Positions 21,410 through 30,629 of a stretch of 64,000 nucleotides of DNA are shown here, in pieces. This DNA comes from Clostridia bacterium (GTDB lineage: Bacteria; Bacillota; Clostridia; TANB77; UBA1234). Each line of letters opens with the position of its first letter. The first letter of the stretch is position 1. Under the pieces are notes generated by a model that saw only the letters and a list, made by a program, of their open reading frames with translations, did no database searches and was not told the origin of the DNA. The position numbers were made by a program, and so were the translations under genes. The DNA lies in contig JAFUGE010000008.1 in assembly GCA_017469545.1 (NCBI GenBank), positions 30,941 through 94,940 on the forward strand, read 5' to 3'.

Positions 21410-22165
21410 ATGAAAAAATTTTTATTTGTTATTTTAGCGGTAGTATTGGTTTTTGGCTTGGTTGCTTGTGATTTTGGAAAGAAACCAGGTGGTAATGATG
21501 TGAAGAATCCAGAAGCAACAGGAGGCAAATATGCCAATGCAAAAAATCCAGTTGTTACTATGACGATGGAAAATGGAGATGTTGTTAAAATAGAGCTTTA
21601 TCCAAATATCGCTCCACAAACTGTTGAAAATTTTGTTTCATTGATTAACAGTGGATTTTACAATGGATTGACATTCCACAGAGTCATTCCTGGATTTATG
21701 GCGCAAGGAGGAGACCCAGAAGGAACTGGCACTGGCGGAGCTGATTACAATATCTATGGAGAGTTCTCAGAAAATAATTTCAATAACACATTGTCTCATG
21801 ATGTTGGCGTTATTTCTATGGCTAGATCAGAAGATTACAATTCAGCTAGTTCACAATTCTTCATTGTAACAGGCGAAAATGTAAAGGCTGATTTAGATGG
21901 CAAATATGCTGCATTTGGAAAAGTAATTGATGGAATGGAATATGTTTATACAATTGTTAATTCAGAAGTAATCAGAACAGATTATTCAGAAGAATTCTAT
22001 AATGCATATCTTGCTTCTGACAGACAATTAGAAGCTGGTACAGAGCTATTTGATTTATACTATAAAGAGACTTTGGAAATGGATAAACCAGTAAACCCAC
22101 CTGTAATCGAAACAATGACGGTAGATACGTATGGCGTCACATATGATCAACCAACTAAATATTAA
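21410..22165 (+). CDS. cyclophilin-type peptidyl-prolyl cis-trans isomerase lipoprotein
   Basis: Lipobox LVAC; FHRVIPGFMAQGGDPEGTGTGG cyclophilin signature. Confidence 0.85.
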   Translation: MKKFLFVILAVVLVFGLVACDFGKKPGGNDVKNPEATGGKYANAKNPVVTMTMENGDVVKIELYPNIAPQTVENFVSLINSGFYNGLTFHRVIPGFMAQGGDPEGTGTGGADYNIYGEFSENNFNNTLSHDVGVISMARSEDYNSASSQFFIVTGENVKADLDGKYAAFGKVIDGMEYVYTIVNSEVIRTDYSEEFYNAYLASDRQLEAGTELFDLYYKETLEMDKPVNPPVIETMTVDTYGVTYDQPTKY

Positions 22166-22184
22166 AATGATTTTGCAAAATTTT

Positions 22185-22219
22185 CGCGTGTTCGCTTGAC
22201 TGGAACACGCGTTTTTGTT
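22185..22219 (+). terminator. rho-independent terminator
   Basis: CGCGTGTTC/GAACACGCG stem followed by TTTTTGTT. Confidence 0.75.
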
Positions 22220-22239
22220 ATGCTTATGCATATAGCACT

Positions 22240-22265
22240 GTAGGGGCAGCGTACTACGCTGCCCG
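22240..22265. repeat. REP-like element
   Basis: GTAGGGGCAGCGTACTACGCTGCCCG. Confidence 0.8.
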
Positions 22266-22295
22266 CAAAACAAATTATATATTAGGAGTGAGAAA

Positions 22296-22895
22296 ATGTT
22301 TGCATATATCAGGGGGACACTAGAGGAAAAAGGAACAGATTTTGTAGTGATTGATGTACAAGGTGTTGGATATAAAATTTTTGCGCCTGCTACGACGATT
22401 CAAAAGTTAGGTGAAATTGGAAATGCTGTGAAAGTTCATACGTATCTTCAAGTAAGGGAAGACGATATGAGTTTGTATGGTTTTTCAAGCAAAGACGAGC
22501 TTAGATTATTTGAATTATTAATTGGGGTTAGTGGAATAGGGGCAAAGTCAGCCAATACGATTTTGGCCAATATTTCGCCTTCTAAGCTTGCTTTGGCAGT
22601 CATTACCAATGATGTGAAAGAATTAACAAAACTTCCAGGAATCGGGGCTAAATCCGCTCAGAGAATGATTTTGGAATTGAAAGATAAATTAAAGACAGAA
22701 GACGCTTTGTTGCAGGCTGACATGGAGACAACGCAAATGATTACTTCTGATAATAATTTGCAGGAAGCAATTTCGGCTTTGCAAGTTTTGGGATATCCTG
22801 CCAAAGATGCTGCTAAGGCTGTCACATCAGTGGATACAACGGGATTAAATGTGGAAGAAATAATCAAACAATCTTTGAAATATTTTGCGAATTAG
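22296..22895 (+). CDS. ruvA: Holliday junction DNA helicase RuvA
   Basis: MFAYIRGTLEEKGTDFVVIDVQGVGYKIF; HhH motifs GIGAKSA. Confidence 0.9.
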   Translation: MFAYIRGTLEEKGTDFVVIDVQGVGYKIFAPATTIQKLGEIGNAVKVHTYLQVREDDMSLYGFSSKDELRLFELLIGVSGIGAKSANTILANISPSKLALAVITNDVKELTKLPGIGAKSAQRMILELKDKLKTEDALLQADMETTQMITSDNNLQEAISALQVLGYPAKDAAKAVTSVDTTGLNVEEIIKQSLKYFAN

Positions 22896-22910
22896 AAAGG
22901 AATTTTTAAC

Positions 22911-24164
22911 ATGGCAAATCAAAATCCTTTGGCGTATCGTATGGCGCCAGAGACAATAGAAGAGTATGTGGGACAAGAACATATTTTATCAAAAGATAAA
23001 ATGCTATATCGATTAATTAAGGCGGATAGATTATCGAGTATTATTTTATGGGGGCCACCTGGCTGCGGCAAGACTTCGCTTGCGAGAGTGATTGCGAAGT
23101 CTACTAAAAATAAATTTGAAAAGCTAAATGCAGTTGCGGCAGGAGTGGCTGACATCAAGAGGATTGTGGACGATGCGAAAAATGTTTTTATGAATCCTTC
23201 GGGAAGAGTCGTTTTATTTATCGACGAGATCCATAGATTTAATAAATTGCAACAAGATGCACTTCTTCCTTATGTGGAAGACGGAACAGTAATTTTAATT
23301 GGTGCGACTACTGAAAATCCGTACTTTTCAGTGAATAAGGCTTTGATTTCGCGTTCTACGGTATTTATGCTTAAACCTCTAACAGAAGCAAATGTGAAGC
23401 AGATTTTAAAAAATGCAATCACGAACAAAGAAAGAGGCCTTGGCAATTATAGTATTAAAATCGAAGAAGAGGTTTTGGATTATATTGCTAATCTTTCTGG
23501 AGGAGATGTGAGAGTCGCCTTAAATTCGCTAGAACTCGCAATTTTAACAACGGATATGAATGCGGATGGATTTATTGAAATTACAAGGGAAGTTGCCAGT
23601 GAATGCATTCAAAAGAAAGTGGCACAGTTTGATAAAGACGGAGATAGCCATTACGATAATATTAGTGCATTTATTAAGTCGATGCGCGGAGGAGACGCAG
23701 ACGCCGTTTTATTCTATTTAGCGAGGGCTTTGTATGCAGGGGAAGACCCCATGTTTTTGGCAAGACGAATTGCTATTTGTGCTTCGGAAGATGTGGGAAT
23801 GGCAAACTCCAATGCACTTGTTGTTGCAAACGCTGCACTTCAAGCTATCCATCAAATCGGTATGCCAGAAGCGAGAATTCTTTTGGCGCACGCTGCGACT
23901 TATGTGGCAAGAAGTCCTAAGTCTAATGCGGCTTATTTGGGAGTTGATAAGGCTTTGCACGACGTAGAAAATATGGATACCGGTACAATTCCAATGCACA
24001 TTCGAAATGCACCTGCAGAGGGAATGGCGAAAGAGGGATATGGCGTGGGATATAAGTATCCGCACGATTTTCCAAACCACGAGGTGGAGCAACAATATTT
24101 GCCAGATAAAATGCTAGGTACAAAGTATTATGTACCAGACGAAACAGAAGAAAAATTGAAATAA
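22911..24164 (+). CDS. rarA: replication-associated recombination protein A (MgsA/RarA AAA ATPase), in the position where ruvB is expected
   Basis: MAPETIEEYVGQEHILSKDKMLYRLIKADRLSSIILWGPPGCGKTSLARVIA matches RarA not RuvB. Confidence 0.8.
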   Translation: MANQNPLAYRMAPETIEEYVGQEHILSKDKMLYRLIKADRLSSIILWGPPGCGKTSLARVIAKSTKNKFEKLNAVAAGVADIKRIVDDAKNVFMNPSGRVVLFIDEIHRFNKLQQDALLPYVEDGTVILIGATTENPYFSVNKALISRSTVFMLKPLTEANVKQILKNAITNKERGLGNYSIKIEEEVLDYIANLSGGDVRVALNSLELAILTTDMNADGFIEITREVASECIQKKVAQFDKDGDSHYDNISAFIKSMRGGDADAVLFYLARALYAGEDPMFLARRIAICASEDVGMANSNALVVANAALQAIHQIGMPEARILLAHAATYVARSPKSNAAYLGVDKALHDVENMDTGTIPMHIRNAPAEGMAKEGYGVGYKYPHDFPNHEVEQQYLPDKMLGTKYYVPDETEEKLK

Positions 24165-24258
24165 ACATTTTTCGTAGTGGAGCACAATGTGCTCCATTTT
24201 TTGTATGTAAAGAGTATACATTATTCAAAATGATTCATAATAACTATGAGGTGTTTTT

Positions 24259-24597
24259 ATGGTTTATGTGATTGGACTTGCCGGAGGAATTGTTGGAGGC
24301 CTTTTTGGAGCAGGAAGCGGTATGATTATTTTACCAGCGATGGTAACTTTGTTAAAAGAAGACGAATACAAGGCAAGAGGTACGACTTTATTGATTGTGC
24401 TTGTCATTACTTTAACGAGCGCCTTCTTTTATTATAAAAATGATTTTTTTGATTTTGGTTCCGCCATTCAAACTGCAATTGGTGGCACAATCGGAGGTTT
24501 TTTAGGAGCGAAATTTATGAAAAAAATTCCTAAATTTTGGCTATCAATTATCTTTTATGCGTTTATGATTTTGGTGGCAATTAGAATGCTCTTGTAG
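24259..24597 (+). CDS. TSUP (TauE/SafE, DUF81) family transporter, 4-TM half-size protein
   Basis: GLAGGIVGGLFGAGSGMIILPAM motif; 112 aa. Confidence 0.55.
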   Translation: MVYVIGLAGGIVGGLFGAGSGMIILPAMVTLLKEDEYKARGTTLLIVLVITLTSAFFYYKNDFFDFGSAIQTAIGGTIGGFLGAKFMKKIPKFWLSIIFYAFMILVAIRMLL

Positions 24598-24627
24598 AAA
24601 TTTTACTTTCTAGAATTAGGAGGAAGT

Positions 24628-24987
24628 ATGCTAATCTTAACAGGAATGGTATCTGGAATCATTTCGGGCATGGGAATGGGTGGAGGAACGATTTTAATCA
24701 TTATCTTAACGAATATTTTTAAAGTGGAACAGCATATCGCACAGGCAAACAATTTAATATTCTTTATTCCAACTTCCATTGCAGCAATCTATGTTCATTC
24801 GAAAAATAAAAATATGGATAAAAAAATAGTAATGAAAATGCTTCCAACGGGGATTATAGGAGCTATGATTGGCGCTTCAATTTCGGCTAAGATGGAGGGA
24901 GAAAATTTAAAAAAATTTTTTGGAATATTTTTGCTGTGTATTGGTGTGTATGAAATCGTCATAACAGTAAAGAATAAGAAAAGATAA
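24628..24987 (+). CDS. TSUP family transporter, second 4-TM half-size protein
   Basis: GMVSGIISGMGMGGGTILIIIL motif; own RBS AGGAGG; 119 aa. Confidence 0.55.
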   Translation: MLILTGMVSGIISGMGMGGGTILIIILTNIFKVEQHIAQANNLIFFIPTSIAAIYVHSKNKNMDKKIVMKMLPTGIIGAMIGASISAKMEGENLKKFFGIFLLCIGVYEIVITVKNKKR

Positions 24988-25037
24988 AATTGGAGGGACA
25001 GCAAATCATGCTGCCCAAAATTGAAAGGAGAATGAAT

Positions 25038-25181
25038 ATGAAAAATTTGGTAACAGGTATGTTGATAGGAGCAGTTATTGGTGGAATGGTAGGCACAGTC
25101 GCTAGCGACGAGATATATGACATGAAGAAAAAAATAATGAAAAATGGCAAGAAATTCATGAGAAAGTGCAACATCATATAA
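25038..25181 (+). CDS. small membrane protein, hypothetical
   Basis: 47-aa ORF MKNLVTGMLIGAVIGGMVGTV with AAGGAG RBS; tracked longer ORF reads through a degenerate REP copy (24995-25016). Confidence 0.25.
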   Translation: MKNLVTGMLIGAVIGGMVGTVASDEIYDMKKKIMKNGKKFMRKCNII

Positions 25182-25203
25182 CAACGATATTGATAATAGG
25201 AAG

Positions 25204-25231
25204 TTGCATTTTTCTGAAAATGTGTTATAAT
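25204..25231 (+). promoter_or_regulatory. candidate promoter for the large ncRNA
   Basis: TTGCAT, 16-bp spacer, TGT-TATAAT extended -10. Confidence 0.4.
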
Positions 25232-25237
25232 AACAAG

Positions 25238-25810
25238 TAGTGGTGTGCTATTCTAGTGATTGCTATGGATTGCGAGGACGGGCCTAAAAATCCGTTGAAA
25301 GGGCATATCGATGAAGTTCTTTAGTTTGGCTCGCGACGCCCAGTCGAGGGTCTCTCTAGGGAGTAAGGTTTAAGGGCGATCTGCAATGGCATGTAGGCGT
25401 TGACCCTTCTACCGTGGAGACACTTCAGTGCGAGCAAAATTTCGCCTGAAGTGATAAACCTGCAAGGCTAATATATTTTGCAAAAAATATTCGTTAGTAC
25501 ACAGTGTAGCTTTCCTTGAGTGAGAATGGCGAATTGCAAATGAAACCATTGTTGCAAAAGAGGATAAACAATCATTTTAGCGATACCGAGGAAATCTCCT
25601 AGAGCATTCTATTAAGAGATGCATTGAGGATTGAAGTGTGGACTAAGTGGTAATCTAGGCTCTTTACCGGCGACGTAAAGATGCTGCCTTTAAAGGGAAA
25701 CCGCTAAGATGGCGATATCTTAGGAGGCAGTAGGGAAATCCTTCTAGACCTAAGCCGCAAAATTTACTTGATGCATTGCCACTACTATTTTTTTAAAATA
25801 ATTGATGGAG
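25238..25810 (+). ncRNA. ole: candidate OLE (ornate large extremophilic) RNA
   Basis: ~575-nt non-coding, stop-rich, GC-enriched structured region immediately upstream of a small 4-TM protein gene, near spoIIIA; assignment by context and size only. Confidence 0.4.
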
Positions 25811-25814
25811 ATTG

Positions 25815-25840
25815 CGGGCAGCGTGGTACGCTGCCCCTAC
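25815..25840. repeat. REP-like element, reverse orientation
   Basis: CGGGCAGCGTGGTACGCTGCCCCTAC. Confidence 0.8.
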
Positions 25841-25875
25841 ACAATATTTTGAATACAGTATGAAAGGTGAGAAAG

Positions 25876-26415
25876 ATGTCAAATAAAACGGAGCAAAATG
25901 TACATAACCATTGGCTAGTAAAAGTGTTTTTTATTACTTTTATTTTGTCATTGATATTTAATTATTTGTCCACGGAAGTGGTGGAGAGTGTTAGTATCGT
26001 TACGTCCATCATTATATTAATTGTTGTAATTTTGATAGGAATTCTATTTGATTTGGTGGCGACTGCCGTTACGGCGGCAGACGAAGCGCCGTTTCATGCA
26101 AAAGCTTCTGATAAAAAGAAAGGGGCAAAGCAATCGGTTAAATTAGTGAAGAATGCAGATAAAGTTTCTAATTTTTGTGCAGACGTTGTCGGAGATATTT
26201 GTGGAATATTAAGTGGAGCGACAAGTGCACTTGTATCAGTAAATTTAAGTAATGCGTTGGGACTTAGTAATATCACGATTGTGACAATGTTAGTGACAGC
26301 AACAGTGACGGCACTAACGGTTTTAGGAAAGGCCTTAGCAAAACACATTGCGATTGATAAGGCAGAAGAAATTATTACGACGCTTGGAAAAGTAATGGCT
26401 GTATTTTCTAAATAA
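25876..26415 (+). CDS. small 4-TM membrane protein, candidate OLE-associated protein OapA
   Basis: 180 aa, predicted 4 TM helices, immediately downstream of the candidate OLE RNA. Confidence 0.4.
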   Translation: MSNKTEQNVHNHWLVKVFFITFILSLIFNYLSTEVVESVSIVTSIIILIVVILIGILFDLVATAVTAADEAPFHAKASDKKKGAKQSVKLVKNADKVSNFCADVVGDICGILSGATSALVSVNLSNALGLSNITIVTMLVTATVTALTVLGKALAKHIAIDKAEEIITTLGKVMAVFSK

Positions 26416-26498
26416 ATATATTTTTGAAAAAATTACATAGAATCATCCTTATTTGTCAATAATAGTAATATGAAATTGACGAATAAAGGGTGATTTTT

Positions 26499-27173
26499 TT
26501 GTATAGAAAAATAATAATTTTTGGTTTAATATTTTTGAATATTTGTCTTGTGGCGAGCGTTTATTTGGTTAACCATGATCCTTCTACAGAGGAAGTATTA
26601 TCTAGATATGGTTCGAGCGGCAGTGAAGTGAGAGAAATTCAAACAAGGCTAAAACGATGGGGATATTATAATGGGGCTATTGACGGAATTTATGGAAGCC
26701 AAACGGTAAATGCAGTCAAATATTTTCAAAGGAAAAATGGACTAACAGCAGATGGAATTGCAGGCAGCAAAACGCTTGCAGCAATGGGGATTGCAGGTTC
26801 CAATAAAGCTTCTAGTAATAATCAATCCAATTTGAATTTGTTGGCACATGCAGTTTATGGAGAGGCTAGAGGAGAACCATACGAAGGAATGGTAGCGGTG
26901 GCAGCAGTTATTCTAAATAGAGTGAGAAGTTCGAATTTTCCAAGTACAGTTGCAGGTGTGATTTATCAGCCAGGCGCCTTCACGGCGGTAAGCGATGGAC
27001 AGATTAATCTAGAACCGAATCAGGCTGCCTACAAAGCTGCACAAGACGCCTTAAATGGTTGGGACCCAAGTGGGGGAGCAATCTATTATTTTAATCCTAA
27101 TACAGCAACAAACAAGTGGATATGGTCAAGACCACTGACTGTTGTAATCGGAAAACATCGTTTCTGTAAATAG
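26499..27173 (+). CDS. sleB: spore cortex-lytic enzyme SleB-like (PG-binding domain + hydrolase_2 domain)
   Basis: SEVREIQTRLKRWGYYNGAIDGIYGSQTVNAVKYFQRKNGLTADGIAG then NLLAHAVYGEARGEPYEGMVAVAAVILNRV. Confidence 0.7.
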   Translation: MYRKIIIFGLIFLNICLVASVYLVNHDPSTEEVLSRYGSSGSEVREIQTRLKRWGYYNGAIDGIYGSQTVNAVKYFQRKNGLTADGIAGSKTLAAMGIAGSNKASSNNQSNLNLLAHAVYGEARGEPYEGMVAVAAVILNRVRSSNFPSTVAGVIYQPGAFTAVSDGQINLEPNQAAYKAAQDALNGWDPSGGAIYYFNPNTATNKWIWSRPLTVVIGKHRFCK

Positions 27174-27229
27174 AATAACCCAAGGGGGGCCAAGGGGGAT
27201 GTCCCCCTTGGGTTATTCTTGTCTTTTTT
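27173..27229 (+). terminator. strong rho-independent terminator
   Basis: AATAACCCAAGGGGGG ... CCCCCTTGGGTTATT stem followed by TCTTTTTTT. Confidence 0.8.
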
Positions 27230-27294
27230 TGCGATATGTTTTAGTTCTAAGATTCCTTTTTTATGCATATATATTCTAATAGAGGTGAAAGGGT

Positions 27295-28203
27295 GTGTAT
27301 GAGAAAATATATGCTGAAATTCTTTCTTTTTTTCCTTCTTCGCTAAGTGAAATTGTTAATCTCAATAAAAATATTTGGAATACTGCTGAGGAAATACGAG
27401 TGCGTCTTGGACAAGCAATTTGTATTAGGCAAAGTTCGGAAGAAATATTTTTAAGCAAAGTTGTTAATCAGGAAGATATGCTTCGACTTTTAGAAAATTT
27501 TTCGAACAACTCTATTTATAGTGTGCAATCTGAGCTCAATAATGGCTTTATTACACTAAAAGGCGGGCATAGAGTTGGAGTAGCGGGAACGAGTATTTTA
27601 GAAGATGGTAAAGTGAAAAATATTAAATACATTTCAAGTTTGAACATAAGGATTGCACGAGAAATGAAAGGTTCTAGTTTGAATGTTATGAAATACATAT
27701 TAGATAAAAATAACTTTTCGAATACGCTTATTATTTCTCCTCCCGGCTGTGGAAAGACAACAATGTTGAGAGATATAGTTAGGTGCCTAAGTAATGGATT
27801 TGAAGGATTTAAAGGAAACAATATTGGGCTCGTCGACGAACGTAGCGAAATTGCTGCGATGTATAAAGGTGTTCCACAAAACGATGTCGGAATTCGAACG
27901 GATGTTATGAATAATTGTGTTAAGCATATTGGAATGAATATGCTGATTAGAAGTATGGGGCCACAAATCATTGCCACAGACGAGATTGGCGGGAAAGACG
28001 ACGAGGAAGCGATTAGAAGAGCAACATATTCCGGTATCAAGCTTTTACTAACAGCCCATGGAGACGATATTCAAGATATTTCGAAAGACATTATGGAGAA
28101 AAAGATTTTTAAGAATGTAGTTGTTTTAACGAGAAACAATAGGCCTGGCGAAATAAAAAATGTCTACAAATTGAAGGAGGATCAATATGTTGCTTACTGT
28201 TAA
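27295..28203 (+). CDS. spoIIIAA: stage III sporulation protein AA (ATPase)
   Basis: Walker A LIISPPGCGKTTMLRD; GTG start. Confidence 0.85.
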   Translation: MYEKIYAEILSFFPSSLSEIVNLNKNIWNTAEEIRVRLGQAICIRQSSEEIFLSKVVNQEDMLRLLENFSNNSIYSVQSELNNGFITLKGGHRVGVAGTSILEDGKVKNIKYISSLNIRIAREMKGSSLNVMKYILDKNNFSNTLIISPPGCGKTTMLRDIVRCLSNGFEGFKGNNIGLVDERSEIAAMYKGVPQNDVGIRTDVMNNCVKHIGMNMLIRSMGPQIIATDEIGGKDDEEAIRRATYSGIKLLLTAHGDDIQDISKDIMEKKIFKNVVVLTRNNRPGEIKNVYKLKEDQYVAYC

Positions 28204-28714
28204 AATTATTTTGCTGTTTTCGATATTTGGTGTTTCAACTTTGGTGGGATATTTGATTTCCAATAGATATTCTTCAAGAGTAAAAGAATTGCAGGATTTG
28301 ATTACGTCATTGGAGTTATTTGAGACGAGAATTAATTATACATATGATACGATTCCAGAGTGCTTTCAATATATTGCCAAATACATAGAGGGTAGTGTAG
28401 GAAATATTTTTAGAAGGACGGCAGAAATTTTAGAAGACGAAAATAATTTGTCTGCGGGAGATTGTTTTAAAAATATCATTGACGAAGAAAGATATTTGCT
28501 TAATTTAAAAGATGTGGATGTAGAAACTATTAAGGGACTATCTGTTTCGCTCGGGCAAATTGATTTAGATAGCCAAATAAAAAATATAAGGCTTATTATC
28601 CACACTTTAAATAATTGTTTGGATCAGGCAGAAGAAGAGAAAAAGAAAAACTTTAAGTTGTACAGAAATATGGGAGTTCTTACGGGATTGGTATTAATGA
28701 TTGTGTTGATTTAG
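28187..28714 (+). CDS. spoIIIAB: stage III sporulation protein AB
   Basis: Size, overlap with AA stop, position. Confidence 0.75.
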   Translation: MLLTVKIILLFSIFGVSTLVGYLISNRYSSRVKELQDLITSLELFETRINYTYDTIPECFQYIAKYIEGSVGNIFRRTAEILEDENNLSAGDCFKNIIDEERYLLNLKDVDVETIKGLSVSLGQIDLDSQIKNIRLIIHTLNNCLDQAEEEKKKNFKLYRNMGVLTGLVLMIVLI

Positions 28715-28723
28715 GAGGAAAGT

Positions 28724-28918
28724 ATGGAAGTTCAATTATTGTTTAAGATTGCTGCGATTGGAATTTTGGTAGCCGTGCTGCACCAAGTGCTAGTAAAAGC
28801 AGGGAGAGAAGACCAGGCAATGATGACGACGCTAACAGGATTGGTAATCGTTTTAGCAATGGTAGTAAAGGAAATTAGCAACTTGTTCAACACCGTAAAA
28901 ACACTGTTCAACCTGTAA
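28724..28918 (+). CDS. spoIIIAC: stage III sporulation protein AC
   Basis: 64 aa, two TM helices, MEVQLLFKIAAIGILVAVLHQVL. Confidence 0.8.
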   Translation: MEVQLLFKIAAIGILVAVLHQVLVKAGREDQAMMTTLTGLVIVLAMVVKEISNLFNTVKTLFNL

Positions 28919-29080
28919 ATGATGCAATTTCGGGGTGGCAGAAAAGTGCGCAAGCTGGGAAAAACTGGGAGGATGCGCATTTTCGGCGACGCCGAAAATG
29001 CGCGTTCTGGCAGAAAATGGAAAGATGCGCGTTTTCGGGGTGGCAGAAAATGTAGCATCATTTATGATAGGAGAATGCAT
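28919..29080 (+). repeat. repeat-rich 162-bp insert between spoIIIAC and spoIIIAD
   Basis: GGCAGAAAA(G/T)G three times, GATGCGC(A/G)TTTTCGG twice, perfect palindrome GCGCATTTTCGGCG/CGCCGAAAATGCGC at 28972-29002. Confidence 0.55.
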
Positions 29081-29467
29081 ATGGAGATTGTGCAAATCAT
29101 TGGGATTGCTTTTGTGGCGACATTTATTGTCGTTTTATTAAGGCAGTACAAGCCAGAATATACCATACATATTTCGATTATCGCTGGGATTATTATTTTC
29201 GGATTAGTTGTTTTTAAACTTTCTGCCATAATAGAACTTTTACAAACGTTATCAAACAAACTAGGTGTGAATGCAAAATTCTTTGCAATATTAATAAAGA
29301 TTACAGGCATTGCATATCTGTCTGAATTTGCGGTTAATATTTGCAAAGATTCTGGAGAAAGTGCAATCGCTGCCAAGGTGGAGCTAGGTTCTAAAATTTT
29401 AATTGTTAGTATGTCTATTCCCATTTTAGGGGCACTATTAGATACAATGGCAAGTATTCTACCATAA
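29081..29467 (+). CDS. spoIIIAD: stage III sporulation protein AD
   Basis: MEIVQIIGIAFVATFIVVLLRQYKPEY; the tracked 182-aa ORF N-extension through the repeat insert is spurious. Confidence 0.8.
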   Translation: MEIVQIIGIAFVATFIVVLLRQYKPEYTIHISIIAGIIIFGLVVFKLSAIIELLQTLSNKLGVNAKFFAILIKITGIAYLSEFAVNICKDSGESAIAAKVELGSKILIVSMSIPILGALLDTMASILP

Positions 29468-29478
29468 AGGGGCTGTTT

Positions 29479-30582
29479 TTGATAAAACGAATTATCATAT
29501 TTTTAGTATTATTTTTATGCCTTGGAAACATAGTATTTGCAATTGATTTAAGTGAGTTTTCCAGTGAAATTAAAAAATATAGTAATGAATATTTTCCAGA
29601 ATTGAAAGACGAAAATCTTGTGGAGAATGTGACAAACATAGAGGATACTTTTAGTGTGTCCAATTTGCTGCATAAACTTTTACATAGTGTTACGGGAGAA
29701 TTAAAGAACAATATTTCTTTGATTTTTAAAATCATAGGAATAGCTATATTGTGTGCTGTTTTAAAAAGTATACAATCCAATTTTGGAGAGACGGGGATTA
29801 GCGAGATTGCGTTTTATGTTTGCTATTTATTGGTGGTAATTTTAATTGTCACTTCTTTTACCAATATCGTAGAACTATGTAGGAGCACAGTGAATCATTT
29901 GAGTCAGTTTATGGAATTTCTCATTCCCATTGTCATTAGTTTTTTGGCAGTTACGGGGAAAATCACAACGGTGGCGATGCTTCAGCCGGTGCTACTTGCC
30001 ATGATTTCAATCATTACTGTGATGCTTACAAATTTCATTATTCCCGTGTTTTTTATCTCTACAGTAATCAATATTATTAGCAATATTTCAGAGCATATCA
30101 ATGTGAAAAGAATTAGTGAATTGCTAAAAAAGAGTGCCTTGTGGTGCGTTGAAATATCGCTTGTGATATTTGCATCGGTTCTTTCGCTAGAGGGGTCACT
30201 TGCTGCTAATGTAGATGGCGTTACGGCGAAAACGGCAAAAAGCGTAGTTTCTAATGCAATTCCTGTCGTCGGAAAACTATTGGGAGATACAGTAGATAGT
30301 GTGATGGGTGGACTTTCTATTACTAAAAATGCGGTTGGGACGATTGGAGTGATGGTAATTATAGCAATGACCATTGTTCCATTAGTTAGGACCCTAATTT
30401 TAATGTTTACTTTCAATTTGGCGGCGGCAATTATAGAACCGATTGCGGACGGAAGAATTGTAAAGTGTATGTCAGCAATCGGGGATTCCGTCAAAATTTT
30501 ATTCGCCATTCTTGCGACAACAACATTTTTGTTTGTTATTGCCATTACATTAATGATAAGAATGACTAATTTCAGTGTATGA
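29479..30582 (+). CDS. spoIIIAE: stage III sporulation protein AE
   Basis: Signal peptide plus multiple TM helices, size and position. Confidence 0.8.
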   Translation: MIKRIIIFLVLFLCLGNIVFAIDLSEFSSEIKKYSNEYFPELKDENLVENVTNIEDTFSVSNLLHKLLHSVTGELKNNISLIFKIIGIAILCAVLKSIQSNFGETGISEIAFYVCYLLVVILIVTSFTNIVELCRSTVNHLSQFMEFLIPIVISFLAVTGKITTVAMLQPVLLAMISIITVMLTNFIIPVFFISTVINIISNISEHINVKRISELLKKSALWCVEISLVIFASVLSLEGSLAANVDGVTAKTAKSVVSNAIPVVGKLLGDTVDSVMGGLSITKNAVGTIGVMVIIAMTIVPLVRTLILMFTFNLAAAIIEPIADGRIVKCMSAIGDSVKILFAILATTTFLFVIAITLMIRMTNFSV

Positions 30583-30629
30583 CGCAAAAGCTGGTAGTAG
30601 TGCTTTTGCAAAATTGTTGGAGGGAACAA

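Noticed and set aside
25238-25810. Structured 575-nt region as RNase P RNA, tmRNA, SRP RNA, T-box or cobalamin riboswitch
   Set aside because: No GGAAAGTCCGG-type RNase P core, no tmRNA tag reading frame or 3' tRNA-like end, and no AGGGTGGNACCGCG T-box. It is too long for a typical riboswitch. The downstream gene is a small membrane protein, which fits OLE context better.
28919-29080. 54-codon N-terminal extension of spoIIIAD (MMQFRGGRKVRKLG...)
   Set aside because: It is composed of the repeat block and is Arg/Gly-rich low-complexity. Canonical SpoIIIAD begins MEIVQIIG at 29081 with its own RBS.
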